A stretch of 62,517 bases of DNA, filler included, from Sphacelaria rigidula (lineage: Eukaryota), in assembly GCA_964200075.2 (NCBI GenBank). It is 10 parts of 10 records of this genome, joined end to end, with 100 filler letters (N's around TTAATTAATTAA, not from the genome) between each part and the next. Parts side by side here need not be neighbours in the genome. Positions count along the whole stretch, not along the records: positions 6,263 to 12,424 come from CAXNAA020021839.1; positions 12,525 to 18,686 come from CAXNAA020021840.1; positions 18,787 to 24,948 come from CAXNAA020021841.1; 7 more parts are not named here. One strand, given 5' to 3'. The notes under the pieces are model-generated. The model was not told the DNA's origin. It saw only the letters and a list, made by a program, of their open reading frames with translations, and searched no databases. Shown here piece after piece: positions 12,278 through 25,048 of the stretch. Each line of letters starts with the position of its first letter. The first letter of the stretch is position 1. A program made the position numbers and the translations under genes.

Positions 12278-12385
12278 GGCAGGGCGAAGGCGGGAGAAAT
12301 AACGATTGGAGACGCTATTAACCTTGCCATCTTGGAGGAGATGCTTCGCGACCCCATGACCACCATCCATGCCGAAGATCTACAG
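12278..12385 (+). CDS. Internal exon of fused PDH E1: start of the E1beta domain
   Basis: 108-nt phase-0 exon GRAKAGEITIGDAINLAILEEMLRDPMTTIHAEDLQ matches the E1beta N-terminal pattern (xTxxxAxNxAxxEEMxRDP...ED). ACTAAC branch-like site at 12233-12238; GTATAA donor. Confidence 0.88.
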
Positions 12386-12424
12386 GTATAAGTCATCACA
12401 CCGGTCGACGCTGGTAGGAGGGGG

Positions 12425-12524
12425 NNNNNNNNNNNNNNNNNNNNNNNNNNNNNNNNNNNNNNNNNNNNTTAATTAATTAANNNNNNNNNNNNNNNNNNNN
12501 NNNNNNNNNNNNNNNNNNNNNNNN
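12425..12524. other. Artificial contig linker 2
   Basis: Same 100-nt structure. Confidence 0.98.
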
Positions 12525-13894
12525 CTCCTGGGCGGCTGGGGTTTTCCTGTTGGCCAGTGGGGTGTTTTGTGGGGGGGGGGGGTGTCTGTACGCAGAACAC
12601 CGCCGAAGCTCACGGAGTCAACCATGCGTGTTTGGAAGTTTCCCGCGGAAAATTATGGGCAGTGCAAGGTGCAAGGGGCTTGAGAGACGTGGTATGACCA
12701 TTCCGACCAATCACGGTCGTCAAAATGAGCACTTTTGTTACGGTTCCCTAAGACTGTCTAAGACTGGTCTAGTCGTCTAGCATGAAAGCTCATTTTCGTC
12801 ACCTGAAATCAACCATAGATTACATAAACCAAAAAGCATGATGTGTTGCTGGGTGTCTGTATCTTCAGTGATGCCTGAGCTTCGTACTACCTGCATACCT
12901 CATCTGGTATACAACTTAATGGCGCAACACGCGAGCCCCCATCACGAGTATCCATCCAGTGCGCATTGCGGTTGACGCCCACGTCTACGGAGATGTGACT
13001 GCTATGGCGGACCGGATATTGGAGGTTTGCGTACACTTCGCACACAATCCTCGAGAGTTCGCTCACGAGGCTGCAGCGACTGTCGGCGCGAGGCGGCGCT
13101 ACACAATGGGCCGACCCCAGGGCCGGACGCTAGTGTGAAGGATGACGCGCTCGTAGAGGCAGCCGCAGTTCATGTTGATCTGTGCTGGGAGACGGTGGCC
13201 AAATAGGGTTCAACGTCTGCGAACAAATACCGCAATCAGGTGAAGACAAGCCTCTAGCGTATCTGTGCATAGTGAGATCGTGTGTGCCCTGCTTATCAAG
13301 GTGTCGTTGCCATCAAACTAACTCACGCTTGGAGGTTGGACCCGTTTTGGCGCATTGTGCAGTAAGTAATGTGTAGCACTCTACAGTTGCGTGAATGCAG
13401 TCTTATTTGGAGGTACCGCACTTGCGTTGTACGGGGGCGCTATCGCGTCAAACCGACCGCGTGTACAGCATATGATACTCACGTCTGGACATACTGTAGT
13501 ATATACAAAGAAACATACACAGTAGGGAGTAGGGTTAGTTTTTTTTTCATACGATCTGTAAACATACTGTACTGTCTGTACAGTATAAATATACTGTACT
13601 GTACAGCACAGAGGCCGCTACCCCTCGAAGCCTCCATCCCAGGTAGGGAGGTGCGCCATGCGGCCTATTTCACAGGTGCTCGCGAGTGTGCGATGTGCGA
13701 GGTCGACGACCTGCTACTATTAAAAATTAGCACTCAACACACTACACACACGCGCGGCACGCTGTAGTTACGGGCAGCTATGGGGGCTCCAGTTTTAATG
13801 TATGTGGTGATACTGCAGACTGCATAACAGGTACCCTAGGTTATTCGTAGATGCCAGTACCCGGTACCGGTATTTATTTGGAACATCGCACACC

Positions 13895-14210
13895 CTACCG
13901 ATACGGGTCCAATCGTGTATTTACAAATATCATGTCTATGACACCCACGATACCGTGGTATTTCGAGCTTTCCATACCTTTCATACCCGCCCAATCGGGT
14001 ATTTTCGAAAATCGTACCAACGATACCTACGATACCAGCGTATTTCTAAATTTAATCACCCACTGTACCCGCCCAATCGGGTATTTCGAAATGCCGTACC
14101 TATGATACCTATGATAATACGGTATAGCGATATTTCAACACCTACCGTACCCGCTCCATCGGATATTTTGAGACCTAATGCCCACGATACCCATGCGAAC
14201 CACGGTCATG
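13895..14210. repeat. Degenerate tandem repeat, 82-bp unit built from 41-bp subunits (probable transposon subterminal array)
   Basis: CCCGCCCAATCGGGTATTT-type motif at 13904, 13986, 14068 and 14150; GTATT at 13999 and 14040; related sequence at about 15150-15285. Confidence 0.8.
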
Positions 14211-14621
14211 GGATACCGCGGGAAATACCGAGAATATACACTGAATGCCAGACGCGATGCGATCCCCACGGTGCAGCAGCTGGTCCCAACTTGCGCAAAG
14301 GTACGTCTTGTTTTCACAAGTAATATATACCCTGATTCCCCCTGAGTTTTGTGTTTGGATCAATTCGAATGAACTTGTTATGATGATGTAGTCTGATTAT
14401 CTGGGTAGTCAATGGATATGGATATTTTGTCATCGTTGCGGCGCTATACTTTGTTTAATCGTTCATGTCGAACATGAGCAATGTACATGATGATATTTCA
14501 CGTGCAAACAAGCAGAGAGAAAAAAAAGAGAGGGAGGAAAACCAACAAAAAACCGCGAGGGGTCGCAGAAGCCACTCAAAATAGACAACACGGGGCCAAA
14601 ATACCAAGTGAATAACCGCAC

Positions 14622-14652
<31 letters not shown>

Positions 14653-16047
14653 TTTTACTGCGCCATTGCCCGGTGCTCTACATGAAAAAGTACAAACACA
14701 TGGAGAGGCAAACCCTGGTCCTGCGCACTACCGCACCTCTTCTTACGCACTACTGCAATTCCTCAGTGCAACAATTTACAGCGCTCACCCCTCGAAATGA
14801 AAATCTGCCCATTAAATTTTTAATTTTCCCCTACCACTGCTCTATCCTCAGAGTGCTCTCGTCTCTGCACCCACATCACTAACCCCGAAAATGTCCACGC
14901 AGTACTCATGATCGATCCATGGATTGAGTGTCTCGCCCTGTCAGCCGATTGCAACAATCCAGCTGGTGGTCGTGATGGGATTCTATGTACTTTGAGGCCT
15001 GCAGGTCAGCGTTGTGCGTAGTGTGCGTGGGGGGGTGGCGCTGCCCACCTCGGGCACATCAATAATTTGACTTCCGAATTTGCACAGGGATCTCAAACGC
15101 TTCTCCGACTGCCGGATGATAGTCTTGAAATCGGCATAGAGGGTAAGCCAGGTACCCCGTACTGGTATTTCGGACATTTCATACCCTAAGTACCGATACC
15201 GACCCAATCGGGTATTTTCGAGTGCCATACCTACGATACCACGATACCCCGGTAGTTCAATATATCAGTACCTACCGTACCTGTCCCTTTCGTACTTGTT
15301 CCTTCCGCGGTCAGTGAACACCGCTAAGCGACCGGTGTTCACCTTTTCTGTTGCCACGGAATAGGCGTTCGTCTCAACTGGGGGACGAGTCTTATGTATG
15401 GAGAGGTATAGAGGGGCCAATCGGGTTTGGTTTAGCGGTTCCTGCCCGTCGCGGGTTGGCGCCAAAGCAAGCAAAGGGGGGTCGTGTGTACCAGCGGTGA
15501 AACATCATATTTCGACGTCAGCACCCTCCCTTAGATGACAAATCTTCGTATATCTTCATGTCGCTCGAAAAAATGCGGTGGAAAAAATAATTGTCGTCGC
15601 ATTGGTCAACCGCATTCTGCTCGTAGTTGGCATCAACACTTGTATCATCATTATGGCGTACCTGCACATGTAATTTTTATATGGAGAATGTACGGTGGAA
15701 CAGGAACACTCCGATTTTATAGGCCGTAATTTCAGCTATTTCATATCAAATTTTCGTTTCCGCACATTTGTCCGATTTCTCGAACCCGTGGTCACAGACG
15801 TAGGCTCGTCCATCCAATACCGTCCCTGCTATTCAGCTATCGTGATTTATGTAGAAACCGGTTCAAATTATGACCTATATCATCGGAGTTTCTCTTTTCT
15901 ACCGCACGTTTTCGATCGAAAAATGATATACAAACACGGCCTTAGTGGCGAGCGGAGAAGAAGTGAAAAACAATCAAGCTCACCTCTTCCTAACAGACAT
16001 ACGGGCGAAAAGCACCAAGAGGCGCTCGGTCCTTAACACATATAATA

Positions 16048-16258
16048 TGTAATGCGTGAGAGGACCGCGTGCTTAGAGGACCGCGGCGTAGTTCTAAACA
16101 CCCCAGGATCGATGTTTTTCAAAACCAATCGTGTCAGTCCCTGCAGGTACCACGCCCCTGACTACAACCCTAACACTAACCCTGACCCTAACCTTAAGCA
16201 TGGAGATGTTCGAATTCCGATGCGGTCCTCTAAGCACGCGGTCCTCTCACGCATTACA
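16048..16258. mobile_element. 211-bp MITE with perfect 37-bp TIRs (TGT...ACA) and an internal telomere-like tract
   Basis: 16048-16084 is the exact reverse complement of 16222-16258. Degenerate CCCTAA units at about 16157-16197. No clean TSD. Confidence 0.85.
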
Positions 16259-16431
16259 ACATAGACCACCACACCACATACCATCCGTTCAAATGATCAT
16301 GCAAACTAGTACACACCATTCATCGTTAGCTACGGTCGCAACCCTGCAGCACAAAGCAGGAGTTGAGCACAAGGATGGATGCACTGCAGTAGTTGCGTAT
16401 GCTGTGCATACATTTTGTCGGCGAAAACTTG

Positions 16432-17167
16432 CACATGTCGGACGAGTCATTTCTCGTCGCAACGAGTACACTCGTTAATGTTTCTCGACACCACCACGAG
16501 CACGACTCGTGTGCTCGAGTTATTCATTAGTCTTCACCAAGACCGATGACTCGTATGCTGGAGTCATGATTCTTTCCACCACGAACAATGACTCGAGTGC
16601 TAGACCTATGAGTTTTCTCTGCCACGAGGAATGACTCGAGTACTCGCCCTATTAACTTTTGACACTACGAGCGATGACTCGAGTACTCGCTCTATAGTTT
16701 TTCAACACGCCGGGCGAGCACGAGTATGACTCGTGACACTCGCAATCGTTGGGCTGCTCGTTGGCGGTAAAAATTAATAGGGCGAAATACTCGAGTCATT
16801 GCTCGTTGTGGAAAACGTTATAGGACGAGCACTCGAGTCATTGCTCATGATGAACGACTTGAGTGGAGTAGTCAGCAATCCGACGATGAGTACTCGAGTC
16901 GTTGCTCGTTGAAGAATAAACGCTCGAGCACACGAGGCATGCTCGTTGTGTTGAAAAAAAAACATCCACGAGTGCACTCGTTTCGCCGAGTAATGAACAC
17001 TCTGACGTGTGATTTGTGTTTCACCACGCGCAATGACTCGAGCACTCGCCCTGTTCATTTTTTCACCACGAGCAATGACTCGAGTACTCACCCTATTACT
17101 TTTTTTTCACTGCGAGCAGCCCAACGAGTGCGAGACACGATTCATACTCGTGCTCGTCCGACGTGTG
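16432..17167. mobile_element. Non-autonomous TIR element with perfect 8-bp TSD and about 42-43-bp subterminal repeats
   Basis: TIR CACATGTCGGACGAG / CTCGTCCGACGTGTG; TSD AAAACTTG (16424-16431 / 17168-17175); TGACTCG motif at 16547, 16589, 16632, 16675, 17034 and 17076. Confidence 0.92.
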
Positions 17168-18686
17168 AAAACTTGACCATCTTTTTCCATCGTCGGGATC
17201 AGGGTTAGAACGGCGTGGTGAGGTGGCCAACCCCCTCGCGGACGCGGTACCGGACACAAAACATGGACAAAGCTGCGCGGTGTCCGAGTCCTTTTCACGT
17301 ATCATTGTGGGCAGAGGGAATAGATGGTGCTACCGTGGAAGCTCTGCATGTTGCCCGATCCTCTTTTACATCCTGCTGCACGAGACACGCAGACACGAAC
17401 TTCACGTACACTGCATTCAAACAGTGCAGGTAGTACGCACTGTCTGTATTGTTTATAAACGACCATCTACCGCTTCACGAATTTCCCGTCCTTTTCCGAT
17501 AGAACGCTTGAAAATTCCCGTCTACCCACCTCGAGAGGAAATGAGCGAATTTCGCTAAAGTTAATTGCAATCGCCCCTTTTTTTCTATGGGAGAAGTCGG
17601 CAAGACACTCACTCAGCACGTTATGCCGTCGGCGCGCGAACTGCCACAGGCACCTCCATCAAAGCTTATTCTCGATGTCGAGACAGCCACCAAGTGCGTC
17701 GACCCTATGCTCGAACGCGGTGCGGAAATTACGAATAAACTGATTCGAACGGTTTGATGATTGCGGCGTTTTCTACATGTAATTTGTGTCGAAAGCCCTA
17801 GTGAGAGCTCTTCATATCCGTGTACAGAACTGCCATCGCATGCGAAAGTACTCGTATCTTTGAGTAGAGCTGAGCGAACGGACCATGTATTCTTCGAAAC
17901 AACTGATATCGGAATGAAGTTGGGACCTCACATGCACAAAGTAAAGAAGACAAACCTTGGGGGATGGAATACAAATTTCGTCCATCCCACTGGCGACAAA
18001 AGTCCCATGACACCAGCAGGGCGCGGCAGTAGTATTGTGCTACGATACGAGTAGTTTTCTGTTGAACCGCGGGTTCGCATTCAAATATTATCTCGTCGTC
18101 GCCGTTTCTGTCGTATGGCATGAACACTACCTCTTGCCTCCGTACTTCAGCGCCCATCTCCCACACCAAATTNTGTTCATGCCTGCCATTCCGGCGACAT
18201 AATGTCGTGGTCGGCGCACGTTGTGCGTGCGCCGCTGTCAGGCACACTGCATCCGCGCCACACCTTCGGCGATGCACGCGGAACTCGCGTTGTTTTCTTT
18301 ATTTTTGTCGTCAATATTTCATTGCGCTCACCGTGTCCGTGCCGCGCCCGTCACCTCCAACTCTTGACTCCCTGTGCAGACGGCGTTCAGGCTAAGGAAA
18401 TCGCTCGTAGCACATGGACGGAGGGCGCAGATACGTCGGCGGGACTGTTTTACCGCGGCATACCCCGTCCTGTGGGTCGGGGATGAAGATATCCCGTCGG
18501 CGGTACGCGAGGCTTTCGCCTGGCTGTGAGATAGGGGGTCGTGTGGATTTGCCAGGCGTTTACGGAACGCCTCCACGCTGTTGGTGTGTAGGGTGTAACA
18601 ACTCCATGATCAATGAACGGAGGGTGTACTCATGATCATGCAGGCCATAGTCATGAGACCATTGACCTTGCATCCCTACAATGCCG

Positions 18687-18786
18687 NNNNNNNNNNNNNN
18701 NNNNNNNNNNNNNNNNNNNNNNNNNNNNNNTTAATTAATTAANNNNNNNNNNNNNNNNNNNNNNNNNNNNNNNNNNNNNNNNNNNN
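18687..18786. other. Artificial contig linker 3
   Basis: Same 100-nt structure. Confidence 0.98.
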
Positions 18787-20810
18787 GATTGAGTGCAAGC
18801 CTGGTCCGGCGAAAATCCGGCGTGCTCCTTCCCGGCTTTGTAGGGATGCGAGGTCAATGGTCAGACGACTATGGCATGCATGATCGTGAGTACACCCAAA
18901 CCAGCCCCAAAACTGTCATGAACAAAATGACCACACAGCGCAATATAGCTTTTTTCAGACTGAAGAAAGCACCTCATATGAGCGACATTGGCGAGAACGG
19001 TCGAGAGCGTGGGAGTTCCCAGCTGCTCAGCGTGCTCGGCTTTGACGAGCGCGTGTAGATTTCTTCGCCTTCTCAATTCAACCATTTTTCTGAGGGAGGC
19101 TGTCGTGGCCTCACTCACCCATGGATACAATACTGTCAACTGGTAATCTTTCGGGCAGCACCCATACCCGATCAAAGAGCGTTGCCCTGCAGCGGCCTGC
19201 TCGCCTGCGAAACAAAGACGACTTCATTACAGTACTCCCTGGGCACTTGCGGCGACAGGGAAGCTGTACCACCGTGAGTGCGTGGTGGGCCTACGTGGGC
19301 AGATCACTTCGTTGATTCGATTGACTGATCGGTTAATTTGTCGTCCATTATCCCTTCCGCGACGAATTCAGCAGCTGAAGTCACGAGACGATAGATGGCT
19401 CCTTGCTGACAAAAGCCGACACACTCACCGATGGAAACTCGAGAAAAAGGGAAGATATGAAGAAAAGGGGGGGAAAACAAATAGAGTGAACGGGGGAAAA
19501 AACAAAATGGGGGGGAGGGGGGGGGAGCAGCAAAAAGAGAAAAAGAGGGGACAAAAAATAGAGAAAAGCACTGTCCTGAGAAAGAAAGACCGGCAGACCT
19601 CCACCGCATGGCTGCAGGGAAGTAGGCCGGGCAAAAAGATCGTGCATCATTCAAGTTTGTGGGAGGGGTTGGAACTAAGCTAACGAGTCATCCTACCATA
19701 GGGGGGGGGGTGTTTCGGGTCACTTTCTGCACAAAATTCTAGTTCAAATCGTCATTGAAAGAAGCAACGGTTGTTGGAACGAGCTTGTTATAGATATGTA
19801 ACGCTTATTAATACTGCTTCACACCGGTTTTAACCGAGTACAAACGCACCACAACTGTGTCAGGTCGGCTGACACGCATGCGAGCCTCTTTTTTTGTGCA
19901 ATCGAATACCCCCCCCCTCTACCGTAGGATGACTCTAGCCGGGATCGTACGATTTGTTCAAGGGCCTCTCACCCTCCATCTCGCAGGAGCGAGGCCAAAG
20001 ACCATTGCGGCTTGATGAGAAACAGAGCTAGGGAACATCTCTGAAGAGTTTTGCCAAGAAAATAAGCGATCAACCAATAGGGGAAGATAGAGATATGGTT
20101 TCCGTAACAGCACCCCTGCTAACGTCCAGACAAAATGAGCACGTAGGTCTCCAACAGGTGAATTACAGGTGCACTGCTTCGCTTTGTAGCGGTATTTCTC
20201 ACTTTGGTCATGGCAAGTCAACCATAAATAATATGGGCACAAATAACATGCTTCGTACTTTGCTCGTGGTCTGTGCCGCCTCTCTGTCGCCCCATGTGTT
20301 GCCAGTATAGCTTCACATTGTCTGCGGTGTTGTTGTGGAACACGAAGCAGAGGCATCAGCAGCATGCAGTAAGTTGTGCTCAGTAGAGAGCGATGGTACT
20401 CTGACGGTTTGTCACCGTTGTATCCGGAGGGGACCCACCGCACACATACTGACTCTACACGCAGTATTAGACTGCACGATCAAAACTGGTCATGGATGGT
20501 CCAGATCTGTTTTCTATAGAGATGCCCAGCATCCACATGATGATGACAAAGGCGTTTTGTGTAGCGAGAAAAGAGCTGTTCTGAATCCCAAATGTGACAT
20601 AGTCCATCTCAGTTCACGTGCCGGGGGGCCGCTGTCTACGGTTTAACCCCACCCCGCCCGTTACCCCTAGCTAGGCATAAAGCGAGACATTCCTACAACG
20701 GCGTATCGGGGTCCCTGAGTATCCACGAAAAATGGCGCATGCGACAATAAGCACATGTTCCTTGCCACATAGCACTTTGGTAGGTGGGGGCGAACTGTAC
20801 CAGTACTCAC

Positions 20811-20844
20811 CACCCTGCCCGAGCGACAAGTTCGTTTTCAGCAC
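20811..20844 (-). CDS. Possible 34-nt downstream exon of the EF-hand gene (VLKTNLSLGQG)
   Basis: CCCAG acceptor, consensus GTGAGT donor, phase compatible with the exon ending at 21329. Confidence 0.35.
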
Positions 20845-21328
20845 CTGGGATTTCGGACGCAATACTGCGTTACCAACGCGCATAAACCCCGCGATAGGAC
20901 GAGCTTCTTGCAAAACGTGTTCGAATTCTCCGATATATATATTCGTTGTTGTCACACACACATATATACATATGCATATATGTTGCACCTAATTTTTTTC
21001 TCTCGTTCTTAGTCTACGTCTTCTCCTTTTCCCCTTTTATCAATACTTGCCCTCGTCGAGGTTCCTTTGCGAGCATGCGGCCTATGTACTACTTCGGGTG
21101 CGCATGGTTGTCTTGTGACGACGGTTGCATTCGCAACGGATCAGTCGGTGTGCGACAATCGACCAGTCAATCAACTAATCAGTCAGTCACTCAATTACTA
21201 CTGGTGAAAATCTGGTCTACCGGCTGTGGCAATCGGTAGTTCGACGCTTAAAAGTGAAGTCTGTCGTGTCAGTAGACCGACAGAGAAGTCGTAAATCGAA
21301 CAAAAAAGAAGGGTACAGGTACAAGTAC

Positions 21329-21456
21329 CTTTACAAAATCACCGAAGTCGACCCCGCCGTCCTCGTCCGCAGATTCCATGAAATCGAACAGGTGGTTCGC
21401 GAAGGTGTTCCTCGGCCACTGTAGGTACTCGAAGAAGTGGCCAATATCGATCACGG
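21329..21456 (-). CDS. Exon of the same EF-hand protein
   Basis: CTGCAG acceptor and GTACTT donor. VIDIGHFFEYLQWPRNTFANHLFDFMESADEDGGVDFGDFVK has a second EF-hand-like loop (DEDGGVDFGDF). Confidence 0.8.
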
Positions 21457-22709
21457 CTGCAGAGCGGAGAGAATGCGGTTCAACCACAGATGGCGAGTTG
21501 TGTACAAGAGGAATCCACCCCCGGATACGATATAATGGCTGCAGGAGCAGAGACATAAAGTGTGGTACAACAATGCCTAGACGTTCCTGCACAGGATGGT
21601 TGCGTTCGGTCCGGCATGGTACAGACGATTGAGTTGTTCCCGATGTGGTTCATATGTAGAGATATTCATCTGCTTCTCTGTTTGAGTGCTCACATATTAT
21701 GTACTACATACAGAGCATTGGACACAGGTAATCACACCGAAAAATACTCGTACCGCACAGAAACAACGCTAGGGGAAGAAAAAGGTATGAAGAGGGAAGA
21801 CTTCGGTGCGGAGTATCTCGCATCGGCTCATGTCTATCGACGTAAACGGGCACAGGTTTAGTGTTACATGGTCGCGTGTCAGAAAAATGACTGATGAGTA
21901 TGCGGATACGTGACCATCCTGGCAACGCCAGGCTAATCATGTGTACACCGTGTTCTACTTTTTCTGTCTTTTTTTTTCCTCAGCGAGTGTGTCAGTTTTG
22001 TAAGGTGCGTCTATCATGCGTGACCACGGCTGGATCATGACTCCTGGGAGGTCGGTCAAAGTGCGACAATCGATCAATGAGTCAATCAAAACACCCCTTG
22101 GAGCACCGAAACATAATACAGGCAATTCTTCAGGGTTATCTGGCAATCGTGATCCTACGCAGAACTCAGTTGGATCATGTTCGTCCATTTGTATTAATGC
22201 CGACTGCGAATAGAGGCGAGGCGTGTGATGAGATCGAGGTCCAGCTACGTAGTACATTCCTTGTAATATATATGCAGCCTTCTTCGCTTTGCTTTGCTTG
22301 ATTTTTTAACGACCGCCGTTCCTGAAGCCTTGCTGCAGGGGCCTCTCGTGTTTTCATCTTTTTTATTACCGGAATCGGTAGGAGATGTAAATCTGGCGCT
22401 TGCCATGCTTTTCTCTTCTCCTTATATTCCCTCTCCCTACTTTTCTCTGTGTCTTACCCCCTTTTTATTTTCTTGTTTTGTTTTCCCCTCGTTATTCAGT
22501 TCGCTGTACCTGGTATCTGTTCACCTCTGCACCGTTTCTCACTCTCGAGTTGCATTTGACGAGTAAGCGTTTCCATCCATTGACCTCGGGTGCATATATC
22601 CGCCATCATCGCGGGACTAGCGGCGGATCACTTCATGAATGTGTGCGATAGCCAATCAATCAACTAAGCCCCCGGTATCGATGGGGGTACAACACAGCAT
22701 CTCGCTCAC

Positions 22710-22845
22710 CGGTCCGGTCGGTGTCCATTGCTCCAAAGTGGCCGATAAACGCATCCACGTCTGAGGCTGTGAGGGCGTAGGTTTCTATCGAGTATCTCAA
22801 GGGGTTCTCCGCATCCTTGGCCTTCTGCTCTTCCGCTTCGCGTGC
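22710..22845 (-). CDS. Exon of an EF-hand calcium-binding-family protein
   Basis: TTTTCAG acceptor and GTGAGC donor. AREAEEQKAKD...FIGHFGAMDTDRT ends in phase 1 and splices in frame to 21456, giving the EF-loop-like DTDRTAVIDIGHF. Confidence 0.75.
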
Positions 22846-24281
22846 CTGAAAACCAACATTAACAAGGGTGCTCAGGGTAGGGTGAGGATACACCTCATGG
22901 TTCGATACGCCCTCGCTGGAGTACCTTAGAACCTTCGGGATTGGATACTCCAGGAATCCTGAGATACTAGTACGGCGAACACGCTGGAAATACAGGTTAC
23001 CCTGTAACACTCAGTGCGTATTTTCTCTCGGTCAATACGACAGGCTCCTTGAAGTGATCAATGGGTACGTCTTTTCAATAGATACCCCAGATACCCTGCA
23101 CTACTCACTGGGAACGTTAATTTAGTCGATACGTCAGGTATTAAGTAATACTCTGAGGGTGGGTTTTCCAATTGACACCACAAGTACCTTGTAATAACAC
23201 TCAGGGGGATCGGTATTCCAATCGATACCTCAGGTACCCTGCAATACACAGTACCAAGCCATTCCAGGATAAGGGGCGTCTCGTTGGAAGGTGGTGGAAG
23301 CTCAGTGGTATGCTGGGGTGGAAGGCCTTCCGGCCATAGTTCGTTTCTCAAACTCTTGGCTACCTGAATCTTGGCTACTGACCTTCGACCAATTGTCTGT
23401 CTCTCATGTCGCTGCTTCTTGCTGCCTCTGCCTTATTTCGCAGATGGATATGTCTTGGTGAACTATCGATGCAAAAGTCGGGTAAAAGGTATGTTCAGGC
23501 CCATCATTGTCGATACTGCTTTTCAGATATCTCTGAAATTTTGGGGACCAGCGCGGTACCTGATGAGTCCTGAACGCTTGCGGGCGCACTGGCGTACACA
23601 CAGGGCAGCTCTTCGAAGTACGACGTTGCAATTTGACTCTGTTTTTTCAGAGATTTCCTAAATTTTCGGGTCTGGCAAGGTATCCGATGACTCTCGAACG
23701 CTTGCGAGTGTCATGGGGTGCACACAAGGCAGCTCTCCCAAGCGCTTCGTGCCAGTCCGAGTTTTTCGGACTTCTCCAAAAAGCTAAGCTTCGAAACAAA
23801 ATCACACCGATTCGTTTTCACATGTAAGTCTGAGCGCAGAGTTCGAGAAGTCCGAAATATTTTGAGGTCTCCGAGAGAACGGTGTCAACAAAAATGAGCC
23901 CTACAATAGCACGTCCTTAATTCGAAAAGTCAGCTGTGCACACATGATCTTCAGGATTGTTCGCCTATATTACAGGAGTGATGAGGGGTGTCCCACACCG
24001 CTATACCCCGACGAAGAGTCACGTATCAGTAAAGTACACGACCCCTATGTGCTACATGGTAGTGTGTGTGAGTGAATGTTAAGTGACATGATGCGTGCTG
24101 TTCGTGCAAGATTTCGCCAGCATCGAAACAGCGCGAATCGTTATACTCAGCGCAGTATTTCCACACAGCGATGGTGCAAAGAGTTTTAACGTGAACAGTG
24201 CACAGAACTTTGCCGTGAAGTCAGCATCATCCTGCGCCTGACAAACATTAAGTCAACAAAAAATAGGGGCTGTACGCTTAC

Positions 24282-24299
24282 CCGTAACCAAACCTCCAT
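24282..24299 (-). CDS. Possible first micro-exon (MEVWLR) of the EF-hand gene
   Basis: ATG followed after 18 nt by a GTAAGC donor; phase 0, compatible with the exon starting at 22845. Confidence 0.35.
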
Positions 24300-24843
24300 T
24301 ATATATTCTCAAGTAAGGGAAGGGTGTTTCGAGCTAACTGCTGTCCGAAAATGGTCGCTTCGAGATCTTGCTGCAGGCGGTAAGGAGTTCTTCGCATGCT
24401 CTTCGGACTGACCTTCAGCAACATGCCAGTACCTTGACGACCCTTTATGTCGCAGAAATATACGGCCACCGTGCACCCGTGTTCTACAGTAAAATGGTAC
24501 ACCAACCGTCAGCTAGCGTGGAAGGCTGTGGGTTCGAAAATGGAAGTTACGGTATTTTCCAGCAGAATCTGATCCAGTCTTCGAAAAAGTGCGAGTGCGA
24601 GTACCACAAGGTGGTTGACAACAGTCGACAGTCGACGCGGTGCGCGGGTGCTGATCCAACTTCCGCGACACAAAAAAATCAGTCAGGCACATTCCGGAGG
24701 ATTCAGGAAGGGAACATGAATTGATGCCTCGACACTACCGACTCCTCCGGAAGAGGACGGGGTTGAAAAGCGTGATGAGAACAAAGTGCGTTGAACTGGT
24801 ACATGACATCCGTGAACCTCGCCTGTCGTACGGCATTTTATAA

Positions 24844-24879
<36 letters not shown>

Positions 24880-24948
24880 CTTCCATTAACCTCAACACCG
24901 AAAACACAGACAGGGAAGCGGAAAAGAACAACACGAGACAACAACCCC

Positions 24949-25048
24949 NNNNNNNNNNNNNNNNNNNNNNNNNNNNNNNNNNNNNNNNNNNNTTAATTAA
25001 TTAANNNNNNNNNNNNNNNNNNNNNNNNNNNNNNNNNNNNNNNNNNNN
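24949..25048. other. Artificial contig linker 4
   Basis: Same 100-nt structure. Confidence 0.98.

Noticed and set aside
16490..17150. Second CRISPR-like periodic repeat
   Set aside because: Degenerate subterminal repeats in both orientations inside an element with TIRs and a perfect 8-bp TSD
18624..18898. Hairpin or TIR pair spanning linker 3
   Set aside because: The arms lie on different contigs joined artificially
21868..21920. CTGATGA-GTAT-GCGG-ATAC hammerhead-like motif
   Set aside because: GTGA replaces GAAA and stem I cannot form next to the putative GUC site
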